Shown: piece by piece, positions 1 to 13,766 of the stretch
Layout: every line of letters begins with the position of its first letter
Position numbering within the stretch: the first letter of the stretch is position 1
Source of the DNA: Eledone cirrhosa
Lineage: Eukaryota
Length of the DNA stretch: 64,000 nt
NCBI GenBank assembly: GCA_964016885.1
Contig: OZ024740.1
Location: forward strand, 168,144,001 to 168,208,000
Direction: 5' to 3'
The notes under the pieces: generated by a model
What the model saw: the letters and a program-made list of their open reading frames with translations, nothing else
Database searches by the model: none
What the model was told of the DNA's origin: nothing
Made by a program: the position numbers and the translations under genes

Positions 1-119
1 TTTGTGTTTCATGTATAGGGGGTAAAGGAATTGGGTATAATACCAGTTTCTTACCAAATGCGAAGAAGCTCGATATATTAGCCCCTTAGGATCGGGTACA
101 GAACCTAATTATTTTTTAG

Positions 120-167
<48 letters not shown>

Positions 168-490
168 GTGGCGGTGGAACTGGAGGGCATGCCCTGTCCC
201 CATCCTAATAGTTATATTTTTCTCCCCAAACTACCAAAAACACACAACTATTTGGTTATGCGCTACAATTTGTGTACATATTATGTTTATCCCATATTGA
301 AATGTTCTGACCATTTTAGAGAGCAAAGAGCTAAACTAATCAGTACAAGGAAATTGACCAAATTTGCTCCCACCCCTCCCCCAATTCAAAGATGCTTCCA
401 CTACACCTGCTCTGTGTGTGTTTTTGTTTGTGCGTGTATGCGCATGCGTGTGTGTAGGGGTGTAAATAAGATCTCTGACTTCGCAATTGT

Positions 491-508
491 TTCTTCTTCT
501 TCTTCTTC

Positions 509-550
<42 letters not shown>

Positions 551-675
551 TCCTCCCTCTTCTTCTTCTTCTTCTTCTTCTCCTCCTTCTTCTTCTTCTT
601 CTTCTTCTTCTCCTTCTCCTTCTTCTTATTCTTCCCTCTCGCCCTTCTTCTTCATCTTCTTCTTCTTCTTCTTCT
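491..675. repeat. Compound trinucleotide microsatellite (TTC)n-(TTA)n-(TTC/TCC)n
   Basis: Directly visible. It explains the spurious poly-S/Y/L/R ORFs at 168-728. Confidence 0.97.
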
Positions 676-841
676 CCCACTAATTCCTGAGAGGTCCCTG
701 TCCCGAGATCCCAGTTGTTTTTCTCCAATAATCTAAAGGCTGGTGTTAATAGTTTGATGGTTTTTTGTCAACTCACGATATACTTGTTCTATTTACTGGT
801 TCTAACATGTTATTTCAGTATAACCCTCTGTCTGTGTGCCT

Positions 842-895
<54 letters not shown>

Positions 896-1989
896 ATGTA
901 AATGTGCGTGCATGTCTATGTCTCTTTATGTTCACGTGTGTGTGCGTGTGTTTATGTTTTTCTCTGTTCTTGTTAGTGTATTTGGGTACGAGAGTACGGG
1001 TGTATGCTTCTCTTTATGTGTTTCTGATTTTACATAATTTCTAATAGATTTCGACGTGTGCGGTCATAATTTAGTAATTGTCGCTGTTATATTTACTCTC
1101 TTTGTTTAACCTTAGATTAGACCTGTTTGAAATGACGTATGATGAAAGATATTCCGGCTCTGACCTTTCAGACCTTATATAGTTAACTAAGAATTTACAA
1201 TTTACATTATCTAATGTATCCTTCTTATGTTTATCTTAATGCTATATGATTTGATTATGCATTATTTCTTGCACACCGAGTGACACCCCAGTCACTGATT
1301 TAACGGTAGTTATTGGGTTGGGTTGGGTGGGGATATATCTTCGGAGATTTGAGTTCATATTTTTCTTTTTTTTTTCCTTTTTTTTTAGATTCACTGCTAT
1401 AAATATGTGGTTGGTTTACGTCACTAGTTTATTTAGAAGGGGAATAAGAAAATCTTACTTTCCTATTCTAATAGCTTCCTTGTCTAACAACTCAATGATC
1501 ACATGCTTATGTGGATTATGAATAAATCATAATAATGATATTTTAAAAACTTTTAAAGGATTTAAGCCGAACGTTTGGCAGTTCGTATCGCGTTATTGAT
1601 ACGTTGTTTCCATGTTCCAAAACAATCAACTGAGGTGTCCAGTAAACTCGAATATCCCCCAAACTGAAAGGTTCATTGGGAGCGGAGCTTGGTCTGTGTT
1701 TCATGATGTTGAGAGTGAAATCTCCCCTAACATTCGATACATAACATTAATGTTACATTCCTAGATGGTGTGTTTTAGAAGTAAACGAGAAAGCAGATCA
1801 CATTATGGGTCTCTCAGAGGACTAGTAAGGTTGATGTTAAATTTGAACAGTTATAGATTCATGCCGGAAATCATAGAAGAGGAGGGAATTTCGTAGAGTT
1901 GTATGTTTGTGAAAGAAGTGGGAAAAATTATTAATGTGGGATTAAGGATACAAAGAGAGGAAGAGAAGCAGGAGAGAGATGACTAGGTC

Positions 1990-2950
1990 ACATAGGCCTT
2001 AATGAAGAAGATATCCAGCTAATTGAGTCATTAGAAATTGTTGTAGTGGCGTTGGAATAACGATAGAACAAGCATGGATAGAAAACAGTACATTTTGTGT
2101 TGGTGACTAAATCTTGCCAAACTGTCGAATGACTTTCAACAGTAAAAGCAGACGCAACAACTGTAGCAGCATCCTTTAGATGTGAACGGTACATTGAACA
2201 ATCTCAACCAGATCTCAACTAAGACTTGAAAAAACTACTTCACCTTCTGGCCACCCCACTTCCACTGGCTCCACTCAACAGAGGTTCTCGCAGTTCTCTT
2301 AGTGGGCATGAATAGCTCGTGACCGAGTATCTTCCGTCGTCTTACAGTGATGGTATCCGGCAAATTTCTCAAACTTTCCATAACCTCTTCATTCGCGAGA
2401 ATTTAGAAGGTTAACAATTGTTCAAAGGTGAAATACTACTTGACTCGCAAGTGAAATCCTAGTCTATGTGGCAATCTTACTTACGTTGAGTTCCTATAAA
2501 CGATTATCGGTTGAAGTGAAGCCTAACATTTGTAGCAACTTCGTAGATTTTAGTTGAGTTTTGTTCATAACAAGTATGAGATGCAACACCGTTTCTTTGA
2601 TATGTGTAGTGACTATGTCTTTACGATGGTGAAAGACAAGATTTTTGTGTTCCAATTGAAGGCAATATTATGTATGCGGAGATCGTCATTGATGGTGAGG
2701 ATACCTAATACTTGAAGAGAGTTTAGAGGCTTTAGTTGTGCATAATTAATGTGTAGAGCGGGAAATTTACAGGATGCTTTCTTTGATATATGTTAGCATT
2801 TGTGACTCTGTGTTAACTATAGAAATTATATGATTGGTCCTCACTGGAAGATGTTCTCAAGATCTCTACTTATGGAAGCAATGCATATGTGGTATGAAGT
2901 GTTTAGATTTCCAATAGATGACATTTGTGTGCGGGAGGTTAATGAGGTAA
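1990..2950 (-). mobile_element. Heavily decayed CR1/L2/Jockey-type LINE ORF2 C-terminal fragment, interrupted
   Basis: Minus-strand translation gives pieces such as LKPLNSLQVLGI-TINDDLR and CLFYRYSN, resembling the post-RT region of CR1-group LINEs. Many stops and frameshifts. Confidence 0.5.
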
Positions 2951-3260
2951 TTGAAGGCTAATATTAACCGCGCAGGCGTGTGTGTTTTTGCGTGTGAGTG
3001 TGTGTTTGTGTGTGTGTCCGTTTGTGTGGCTGGATACGCATGCATATGTTTATGTTGTTAGCCATTATGAGTACATGAGAAAGGATTTAAAAGTTGAATT
3101 CGTCACGTATAACCCGGTAATTGATCAATTGACCTCTGTAAAAGTGGGATCAACACTGTAAAATTGGCATGTATTTCATTAGTACTGCAGTACTGCACAG
3201 AATTCAGCCTGTAGGAAAAATCTACTTCTGACAAATCAACATCTTATCCAATGAGGTGAG

Positions 3261-3307
<47 letters not shown>

Positions 3308-3767
3308 ATGAATGAATGAATGAATAAAAGAAGGAAAGAAGGGGGGAGAGAGAGAGAGAAAATGAGAGACAGGGGATTTAGCACTCAAACACTCAATGCT
3401 AGAGCGATTATACTTAAACATCGAAACAATGATATATTCACAAATACTGGTGATTTAGAAAGGATCATCGTTTTTCTTTTTCTTTTCATCTTTTAAAATA
3501 TACTGGAGGTATGTAGACATATGTGTACTTACTTTTTATGAGTCTCAGCAGAATGCATTGCAAAATAGTCTCTTGTGGACATTTGAAATTAACGTCAGTA
3601 TCCTTTTCTCATCACGACATACAAATCTCTCTAAATTCTCCATTTCACTAAATCATTTTAGGTAATGTATGCTTAACATATTTAACGTACAGATCATTAG
3701 AAACCAGACAAGAAACAAATAAATATATAAGAAAAAATATTAGTCGTAAATGACCAATATTATTTTC

Positions 3768-3945
3768 GGATCGGTAGAGGTTCGGACGCCATGCTTTGCA
3801 GCATAGAGTTACGGCCCTTTACGGATAGAGTTCAAGTCCTACCGAGATTCACTTTGCCTTTCATCCTTACAGGGTCGATAAAATAAAGTACCAGTAATGA
3901 ACTGGGATAATTGCTGGCCTTGTGCCAAAAGTAGAAAGAATTATT
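3768..3945 (+). mobile_element. tRNA-derived SINE copy, 5' truncated
   Basis: B-box-like GAGTTCAAGTCC followed by CTTTGCCTTTCATCCTTACAGGGTCGATAAAATAAAGTACCAG and tail GGCCTTGTGCCAAAAGTAGAAA. Same family as 4005-4192. Confidence 0.9.
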
Positions 3946-4004
3946 TTCGGGTACGAACGGGTGATAACTTCAGACATGTTTCCGTCTTATTATAACCTTA
4001 TTAT

Positions 4005-4192
4005 GGGTGGTGGATTGGCAGTATCGGTAGAGGGTCTGACGCTATGCTTTGCAGCAAAGAGTTACGACCTTTTATGGTCTGAGTTCAAATCCCGCCGAAG
4101 TTAACTTTGCCTTTCATCCTTACGGGCTCGATAAAATAAAGTACCAGTAATACAGTGGGATAATTGCTGGCCTTGTGCCAAAAGTAGAAACA
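4005..4192 (+). mobile_element. Full-length tRNA-derived SINE with Meta-domain-like core and 16 bp target-site duplication
   Basis: A-box-like TGGCAGTATCGG, B-box GAGTTCAAATCC, core GCCTTTCATCCTTACGGGCTCGATAAAATAAAGTACCAG. Flanked by direct repeat ATTATAACCTTATTAT at 3989-4004 and 4193-4208. Confidence 0.93.
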
Positions 4193-4274
4193 ATTATAAC
4201 CTTATTATACCAAATAAGGGCAGATCAGCATATTGGCGAATGTGGTGACGAGAGAATCATTAAGTAATTATACA

Positions 4275-4442
4275 ATATCGAATGTTTATTGACATGAAGT
4301 GAGGATTTGTTCACAATACGACCTACCACTCCTGAACCCCGACGACAATTCTTCTTGTAAATGATCATCAACTGCTTTCTTCAGGCAGTCAAGGAAAACC
4401 CTGCTGAACACTTTTCCAGGGACTGTCAGCATGGTTATTAGG
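4275..4442 (-). mobile_element. RTE-clade LINE reverse transcriptase fragment
   Basis: Minus translation ITMLTVPGKVFSRVFLDCLKKAVDDHLQEE..GFRSGRS matches the RTE RT motif ITLLSVPGKVF...EEQAGFR. Confidence 0.8.
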
Positions 4443-4674
4443 CGCGAGTTGATGTAGACGCTTGGAGCTTTTTTCTTGGGTGATGTTACTAATAGTCCAT
4501 CATCCTAGGCTTCTATATAACTTCCTCTTCAAGCTCCCAGATCTTCCGCCGTTTCATCATTTCTATGTTTAAGTAGTCTCTCAACTATTTCATCGAGTTC
4601 TGCGCCCATATTGTTCTCCATATGACGAGTGGTATTGGAAACTTCTTTCGTTGAGATATTCTCATCTGTCACGA

Positions 4675-5150
4675 GCATGGAATCGACCAGCACACGCCCA
4701 TCTTGGTCCAGCAAAGACAGAAATTTGGCTTTGTTTCCACACTGCATCTCAGCCACATGGGCCCATCGAGCAGCTTTCCTTCCCTCGTTTCTTAGAGCAC
4801 GTGCCTTAGCCCTGACAATGCAACCTTCGTGTTTCGTATTGAAGAAATGGTTTACTGCCATTCTCACATCGGTTGCAATGTCACTTCTAATTTAGCTAAT
4901 CCCTCCTCTTTTTCATTTTTTTTCAATCGTTACTTCATTACTAAATACTATCGATTCTTCTCTAATCGCTCTCGTGAGACAGCCCCCACCACATTTTCTT
5001 GACAACTGCCCCTGTCGACTGGCGTTTCACTAATGTGCTAACCCGGTCGCTGAAAACGCTACGCACCTGGAACGATGTTAAGCTCCTAGTAACCGGGTCT
5101 CTGTCTACGTGTTCTATCTAGCGCAACCATGCAGATCACAAATTTGTGGT
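4675..5150 (-). mobile_element. L1/Tx1-type LINE ORF2 fragment (EN-RT linker)
   Basis: KHEGCIVRAKARALRNEGRKAARWAHVAE..GNKAKFLSLLDQDG resembles the GA.IRSR..W...GE linker of L1/Tx1 ORF2. GC content is like the L1/Tx1 pieces at 58140 and 60738. Confidence 0.65.
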
Positions 5151-5359
5151 CTAAACAGGCGAAGGTAATAATAAAAACTATTTCTTTATTATTTATCTAT
5201 TTATTTAATAATATTAGATACTTCAATATATACATTTCCTCATTACAAGTAGCTAGATGGTTCTCTAATTTGTTTTGTTGTGGTAGATATTTCTTTTTAT
5301 TTATCCTACCGGAAATTAATAAGTTAATCTAATCCCAGTATGAGGGAAATCGATTGCGC

Positions 5360-5431
<72 letters not shown>

Positions 5432-6861
5432 TGTGTATACTTGTGTTTATTTGTGTGTGTGTGCGTGTGCTTGTGTGTGTGTAGTGTGATGAGAAAGTAA
5501 TTACTCCAGATAAGTGGAGCTTATTGTTCCAACGAATGTTAAATATCGTTTCTGTTTGTTGTTTTTTTTTTTGTTTTTGTTTTGTAGTGTATGGTTAACT
5601 CCGTTTATTTGTTATGATGAATATTGGTGTAGCAATGGAGTTTTCTTAATTGCAAGTGTATCATATCAGTTCATTACTTTATCCCTTTGGTGTAGTGGCA
5701 ATATTAAAATAACAGCACCAGTTGTTCTAGTTGTCTAATTTCAGGTCAGCTCTGATCAAGTAGAATATTACAGTCGGGCAAACGACTGGGTTGCCAGTTT
5801 CGAATCTGTTGTTCCTGACAGACAATGCTGCCGTGCAGCTGAGAGCTTGTGGATGGACTGCTAACAAGTTCGCTTCGTGTGGACCCCCATTTTCTCATAG
5901 AGATGGGGAGGGCGGGAGAGACGGCGTTAGTGACAGTGGGAATTTCGTTCTTTTGTGTTCGGACCTGGTGTATATGTAATTGTTTCACGAGCACACAATA
6001 TAGTTGGCACACATCTAGTTGGCACACAATATATATCCTAGTTGTAATTTAAGTGTATCATAAGTTCCCGGGTTCAATCTATTCCTTCCATTCCTAACTA
6101 ATAACCATACAACACACTGTGACACACAGTAGTTAATCATATAAGGTGTATTGTGACAACCTCGACAAGCGGTGAATTAGTAATTAGAGGGGCGGACAAA
6201 ATTCCTTATGGTATTTGCTCCAATTTTCTATGCACTGAGTTAAAATTTCGCTGTTATTATCTTAACCTTAAATCATTATCTTTACCTTTCATCTTTTCGG
6301 AAGCGATAAAATAAAATACCAGTGTAGTAGATGAACGCAATTGTTAGAAAACAACACCTGGCAGTATATGTTCCAGTTTTATGCGGTCTAAGTTTCTTAA
6401 TGCTAAACCTAATCTGTCATCCGTTTTAACACGCTTACACCTGGCCCTAAGATTCCTTTGACGGAGTTTACTCTGTTGCAAGCATTCAATCTAGGTGCTC
6501 GGTTTGAGAAAAAAAATTCCTTCCTTGCTTCCACGAGTCACACAGACACTAACGGTGTATAAATGGTCATAGTGACAACCCAGCATATCCTCCACTATTT
6601 TGAAGGAAATATCGGCATCAGTAAAGGGAAATTACTTCAATTGAAACCAGGACGCATTTTCTAATTTCTACAAGCTTAACACCCACGTCATCATTATCAT
6701 CATTATCACCAGCATTACCATAATAGTCATTATAATTTGAGTATTATTTTGAAATGAACGTACTAATTTCATATAATTAGCACTCGTGTTGGAAGTTAAT
6801 TAAGATATATACTAAGAAATGCGCTAACAGTCGAACTATACGATAAAGTTATATCAGTATA

Positions 6862-6901
<40 letters not shown>

Positions 6902-6947
6902 TTTTTATTATATATAGCATACATAGATGTGTCTAGGATACTAATTC

Positions 6948-7025
6948 ATCACCCACTGATGAGCCTGGATTAGTATTTCTATTCAAAATTAATTTTGCGA
7001 AACAACAACAAGTTGTCTGGGTGAT
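6948..7025 (+). ncRNA. Type I hammerhead ribozyme, canonical core
   Basis: Stem I ATCACCCA/TGGGTGAT (8 bp), CTGATGA, stem II closed by GC..GC with internal hairpin CAAAATTAATTTTG, GAAA, stem III CAAC/GTTG, cleavage triplet GTC ending at 7017. Confidence 0.85.
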
Positions 7026-7278
7026 TGGGAGTTACCACAATTCCGGTTTGTATTTATTTTCTTAATTTTTTCTTAAATTGAGACAAGCGAACCCAATTGT
7101 CTATAGTTAGTATTATTTTCACCTTAGCGAATAAGGTCCCTTACGATTTGAACACATATATCTATATATCTGTGTTCGCTTTTCTTTTATATTCTATTAT
7201 AATATACGGCTCAGAAATATCTCTTTCTTAGAGCTATTTTTTTGTAAGAGACTATTTTGAGTTCCAAACTCAATATAT

Positions 7279-7728
<450 letters not shown>

Positions 7729-7889
7729 CTACACGCCGGAATACAGAAGGATCAGAAACTGAATTTTTCCGACTATTCTTCCATAACTCGTTGAGTAACA
7801 CCTCACCGTATGTCATCTCTATCTAGTGTAGTAATTAACCATTACTGCATTCAGGATAACCCTAAACATTTCTTGCATAACCTAATATA

Positions 7890-9530
7890 TATTGTTATAC
7901 TTTGGGTCATGTTACCAATAAGAAACACACCCGCCAGTTGCTTTCACTCCAATTTATTATAAATTAAATTATAAATTTAAAAATTTATAAATTTCCGGTT
8001 GGTTGGTCGGTTCCACAACCGGACGGTTGTTCATATATTGTCAAAGTTCTTTCGTCACACATTCTGTGACCTCTTCAGTGATTGGGGATTTTTTTCTTTG
8101 TTTTGTGCCTCTCCTTTGTTCTGTCCTACGCGATCTTGTTTTTGTCTGTGTTGTGTGTTTAGTTTGCGCATGTGTTACACCCGGGTGTCTGTGTGTGTTT
8201 TTATTTGTTTATTTATTTGTTTATTTACATGTTACTGGTTGGTTGTGTGCTCTATGTGTGTGTGTTTTCATTTTGTCCTTAATTGTAAGTTGTGATGTTG
8301 CTATTCCATTCATGTTTTCTATTTAATTTTGGTTGGAGTTCATTTATGTTTATTGCCTCTGTGATTTGTCTAAACATTGCGTCTTTTCTGTGTGTAGATT
8401 TTATTTTTATTTCTATGTTCTCTAATTTGCCCTTATGTTCTATTTTAGCATGTTGGTGGAGTACTGATGATTATTTTCTATCTTGAAGCTCTCGCCAGTG
8501 TTCATTTAATCGTTCTCCTATACTACGAGCTGTCTCACCTATGTACACTATATTCTTATCCTTACATTGTCCTTCAGTACATCTTATGCTATATACTATG
8601 TTTCTAATTTTGCAGTTAGTTTATAGATTATGCATTTCTTATCTATTTCTTATCTATACAGGGAGGTCTTTGAAAAGGGTATGTATTATTAATAAGTGTT
8701 TTTATGGAGGTACCTGGTCTATCTACTATCTTAATATTTAGTTTAAGTTTATCTAGGGCCCTTCTAAATTTGTAAGCTAGTTCACCTCTAGAGATTGTAT
8801 TGAACATTACACTCTGGTATTTATTGATATCATACCATGAGTTTATTCTATTAAACTTATCCTAGTTCTTTCTATTCTATTCCAAAATTTGTTCCTATAC
8901 AAGGAGCAGGTCCCATTTGTATCATTATTTACCATTTCTTCCCGAAAATAGGAAACATGGTAAATAATGATACAAATGGGACCTGCCCCTTGTTAACTGC
9001 AAAACTCATATTAACTGCAAAACTCCAACCAAAAGTAAATAGAAAACATGAATGGAATAGCAACATTACAACTTACAATTAAGGACAAAATGAAAACACA
9101 CACACATAGAACAAACAACCAACCAGTAACATGTAAATAAACAAATAAATAAACAAATAAAAACACACACAGACACCCCGATGTAACACATGCACAAACT
9201 AAACACACAACACACACAGAAACAAGATGGCGTAGGACAAAACAAAGGAGAGGCACAAAACAAAGAAAAGAATCCCCAGTCACTGAAGAGATCACAGAAT
9301 GTGTGACGAAAGAACTTTGACAATATATGAACAACCCTCCGGTTGTGGAACCGACCAACCAACCGGAAATTTATAATTTTTTAAATTTATAATTTAATTC
9401 ATAATAAATTGGAGTGAAAGCAAGTGGTGCGTGTGTTTCTTATTGGCAACATGACCCTCCCAAAGTATAACAATATCGGTTTCAACACACGTTTTCAGAT
9501 AAAGAATCTTGCTAAACAAATTCAGAAACG
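7890..9530 (-). mobile_element. 5' truncated Penelope-like retroelement: GIY-YIG endonuclease remnant plus inverted pLTR
   Basis: Minus 8620-8300 reads CKIRNIVYSIRCTEGQCKDKNIVYIGETARSM/ERLNEHW...KDAMFRQITEAININELQPKLNRKHEWNS. 7890-8342 is repeated inverted at 9019-9477, with a small hairpin at the junction (8900-8992). Confidence 0.9.
9279..9321 (+). ncRNA. Minimal hammerhead motif in pLTR (second copy on minus strand about 8040-8083)
   Basis: GTCA-CTGAAGA-GA-TCAC agaatgt GTGA-C-GAAA-GAAC-TT-TGAC. Stem I is GTCA/TGAC. Confidence 0.65.
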
Positions 9531-9542
9531 ATATATATATAT

Positions 9543-9668
9543 ATAGGAAAATGTATAACCCCGACGGCAGGGTTATACATTTTCCTATTACCCACTCTAC
9601 TACCCTATGTATTGAATACTCTGGTGCGTTATGGTCCATCTGGTTCTTTACCACACTTCCTTCGTTAT
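9543..9668. mobile_element. Tiny Penelope pLTR fragment with fold-back junction
   Basis: Hairpin TAGGAAAATGTATAACCC..GGGTTATACATTTTCCTA. The remainder is the reverse complement of 48626-48710, with a related piece at 14905-15003. Flanked by TA runs. Confidence 0.75.
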
Positions 9669-9681
9669 ATATATATATATA

Positions 9682-10495
9682 CGAGGTGTGTCAGAAAAGT
9701 TCCAGCACGATGTCACAAAAGATTCATTTCAAACACAAACTTCACACTAAGAGTTTTCTCCTTCAAAGTAATCCCCCTGGAGTTTAATGCACTTTTCCAT
9801 CCTTTTCTGCCACGCTTGCATGCACTTCTGGAAGGATTCTTCCGGGATCCTCCGCAGTTCCGTCGTCTCGGCCTTTATTATGACTGTCCCTAGCAAGTCT
9901 GGTTCGGTTTCAAGACGCTCGAGGATGTCCTGGCACACTTGAATGCGTCGACCCTTCTGGTCATCGTTCAGCAGTTTTGGTACCATCTTCGCGCAGTCTT
10001 TCCGCATGTCTAAATCTTCAGTGAGAATCTTCCAGATGCTGTCCCGATACATGCCCAGCTCATTTGCCATCAGTCGAATAGTCAGCCGACGATCGCTACG
10101 CACCATCTGCCTGACGCGTTCAACGTTGACCTCAGTCCTGGTTGTTGAAGGCCTTGCTCCTGGGGGTCATCTTTCACCACTCAAAAACACGTGAGCTTGA
10201 CATAGTTTCATCTCTATACACTTACTGCAGCAATCCTAGTGCTTCTGACAGTTTTTTCCCCAACCGTAACAGAAACTTCAAGTTTGTTCGTTGCTCTGTG
10301 CTCATTGCTTGACGACCTGAAACAGAGGACATGTATATAAAATTATGAAGAAAAAAGTGTGATCGCTGCAGAGAGCTAAGATTACAGTTACATACTCCAG
10401 GGGGATTACTTTGAAGGAGAAAACTCTTAGTGTGAAGTTTGGGTTTGAAATAAATTTTTTGTGACATCAGTCCTGGAACTTTTCTGACACACCTC

Positions 10496-10496
<1 letters not shown>
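9682..10496 (-). mobile_element. Non-autonomous mariner transposon, internally deleted, about 103 bp inverted termini, TA target
   Basis: Termini CGAGGTGTGTCAGAAAAGTTCCAG / CTGGAACTTTTCTGACACACCTCG, flanked by TA within (TA)n. Confidence 0.96.
9747..10305 (-). pseudogene. Mariner transposase pseudogene (HTH region plus extreme C-terminus, catalytic DDD domain deleted)
   Basis: [17 protein letters not shown]..., DRRLTIRLMANELG, AKMVPKLL (WVPHEL equivalent), then jumps at about 9880 from LLGTVI to [30 protein letters not shown]. Contains stops and a frameshift. Confidence 0.93.
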
Positions 10497-10570
<74 letters not shown>

Positions 10571-12328
10571 TATCTATATATATATATATATATGTATGTA
10601 TGTGTGTGAGAGAGTGAGTGTGTGTGTTTATTATATATCTATGTCTGTATCTATGTATATATATATATATCCATATTTCACACCTTGATGTCAGCTGATC
10701 ATCTCCAGCTTTTTTCTCTTCTCTTAACTTCTCCCCCCCCCCCCCTCGTTTATTCCCTGGTGACAGACTAACATCCGAAACATTGGAAGCACTCTATATT
10801 TCCTTTTATCTTAATGTTAATTTAATAAGATTCATCGCAACTTGTTATCTGTGTCGGTTTTTGTTGTTTTTACTGTTTTTATTGGTATTAATTCATCTGG
10901 TAGCTACACACCGTCAAACAAAATACATTGAGGTTGATTGTAGCCTGATGACGTTCGTTTTCTTAGTAGAGGGCTGGCTTTAAATTTCTTTTTATTTTAT
11001 TTTACTAAGTAGTTGTATTTATGTGGCGCGTTTTTGGCTAATGTATTTTTGTATTTAATTATCGGGTGGGATTCTGTAAATACAAAACCATATATTGTAT
11101 CGTGCTTCTGATACTGTGTGAACTATGGCCTTTCCCGTTGAAAGGTACGAAGGGACTTTCTATGGTGGCTTTAAGTTTAATTTTATTTTACTCGGTAATT
11201 ATATTTGTGTGGTTTGTTTAGACTTGTATATGTTGCTTGGTAGGGCTGTGTAGAGAAAACATACATCTTGTACCATCCCTCCAATACTGTGTGGACTTTG
11301 ATTCCAGCTGAAAGGCTCTGATACGAGAGCTTTTTGAGGGGGTCTTTTCTGTTGATATGATTAAGCACTTAGTGCAATACGGAGTGATTAGTACGACATA
11401 AACCAGATATTTATGGTGACTGTATCCTGAAGAAGATTGGTTTTAATTTTATTTAACTGAATAATTGTATGTCGTGCGGTGTGTTTTAGAACTAGCTTAT
11501 GCTTGCTGTATTGTCGAGTGGGGTAGTGTAAGAAACAATTATATAAACAAAATTTCCATTATTTATAAAACAACATTTATTCGTTTTACTTTTGATGCAC
11601 TGTGCTTCTATTTAAGAGATAATTATTTTTATCATAGTCATCATAAGACACTGGCTTTGACAGGTTGATATAGTCGATTACATCGACATCAGTGTTTAAC
11701 TTGTATTTCATTTTATCTGCTTCGGAAAGATGAAAAAAATGTCAAAACCCATTTAGAAAGCATTGGACCCAATGTGTAATGGGACCTAACCAAATGTATT
11801 AAGTCTGTTAATTGTGTCACTCTTCAGCCGTCATAAAATAAGGATTTAAAACTAGAAATTTTGGAACGAAAAAATGGTGGATAACTACAAGAATCCAGTA
11901 CTTGACTAGTACTTCATTTTATCGACCCCGGAAAAATAAGATGTTTAAGTCGATTTCACTGTAATTCGAACCCATCTTGCAAATGACCAACTCCATTCTA
12001 ATTGTAAAATGTACGGAAATGTTCCTAGGGCCCAGGACGCAACATATTTTCACTGAAGAGTGGGCGGTAATTTGTCATTTAGCGCTCATCAGCCTGTCGG
12101 GCAACATACTCATGAATAGGATATGTTGCCCAAACGATATTTGATAAATGAATTTAAAAAACTTTGATGTAATTCACATATTTTAATTGGTTAATTAATT
12201 TATATTTATTAAAATGTCAGTCATCTTTCTGCGGCAATCCTCGTGCATTGCCTTCCACGGTTTTAGCCATGATATCAACTCTAGTATATATGCCAACCCT
12301 TACCTATGGTTATGAATCTTGGATAATG

Positions 12329-12572
<244 letters not shown>

Positions 12573-13673
12573 CCTCAATGTGTCCGTCTGCTGAAATCTA
12601 CCCACAAAACATTTATCAACTCGATAGATGCTATCGTTGAAGATACTTGCTGAAGGCGGCACGCAGTTATATCAAACCCGAAGCCATGCGAATTTCTTAA
12701 ACATATGGCTATGCCTGCGCCTAAATGTGGGTGTGTGTGTGGTTGTGTGCATGGGTGTATGTATGCGTATATGTTAGCGTGTGCGCGCTGAGACTTGTGA
12801 TATACGAATTTACTTCACTAAAATACATCTTAATATAAAATTAGATATACATGGATCATGCCCTTAGAATCATACACACACACTCAAACACATGCACTCA
12901 CACAAAACATATAAACTCGTTTGTCCATTAAGAAACGTCACATATAGACAGGTACACAAATACATATAGATGCATGCTCATCAATTTTAAACAAAATTCA
13001 CCTTTACACATACAGACAGACCTGGGCATACGTACACACAAAACATTTTCGTACATATACGAAAACAAATAAACACGCGCGCGCACATCTCGCGCCCACG
13101 TACCTACGTCTCAACAAATACTCATGTGGTACCGTAAACACAGATACATATATAGAGAGACGCTCTGACATATGCACGCTCAAACTTACTTTCTTCTCTC
13201 TTCTTTGTCTCTCTTTCTCACGCATACTTACAAACACAATGCACTGCGCATATAGAAATATATACATACATGCAACAGCAGTCATTCATCTCACAATAGC
13301 AGACGATATTTCAACGAACCTAGAAAAGTAATTCATATAACAACCATAAAACTAGACGGTTCAAAAAATAAGAAAACAAACTTATTATTGTTATTATTTC
13401 AAGAAAAATTATTCGAAGGTAAGCTATCAACAATTTTCACAGATTATTTTAAAATATATTTTCATCAGTTACTGTTTTTGTTTTTGATTTTTGATGTTAT
13501 TATTTTGTTTTGTTGACATAAGTTGACTAAAGAATTAATTTTTATACAAGAATTCCTTGCGTCAACAAAATCAATTTAAAAATAAAGAATTACAAAGTAT
13601 GACGGTGAACTTATGAATATAAAGATTCGAACAAAAATCTATTTACAGCTCTTTATGTTATTTCCACTTCATG

Positions 13674-13766
<93 letters not shown>

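Noticed and set aside
168-1044. Long ORFs with poly-S/Y/L/R and CV/VC runs (and many similar ORFs across the window, e.g. 49533-51008)
   Set aside because: They are translations of di- and trinucleotide microsatellites that lack stop codons, not genes.
4005-4100. tRNA genes
   Set aside because: A/B boxes are present but there is no cloverleaf, and they continue into a SINE core with TSDs.
5760-6030. GC-richer patch possibly from a Gypsy pol gene
   Set aside because: No motif could be read convincingly in any frame.
7999-9362. Duplicated Cys/Phe-rich ORFs on opposite strands as a small membrane protein pair
   Set aside because: They are the two arms of a Penelope inverted repeat. The composition reflects TG-rich UTR sequence.
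10800-11400. Possible decayed Penelope RT (minus strand DVCFLYTALP resembling DV.SLYTNIP)
   Set aside because: A single weak motif with no supporting downstream motifs readable by eye.
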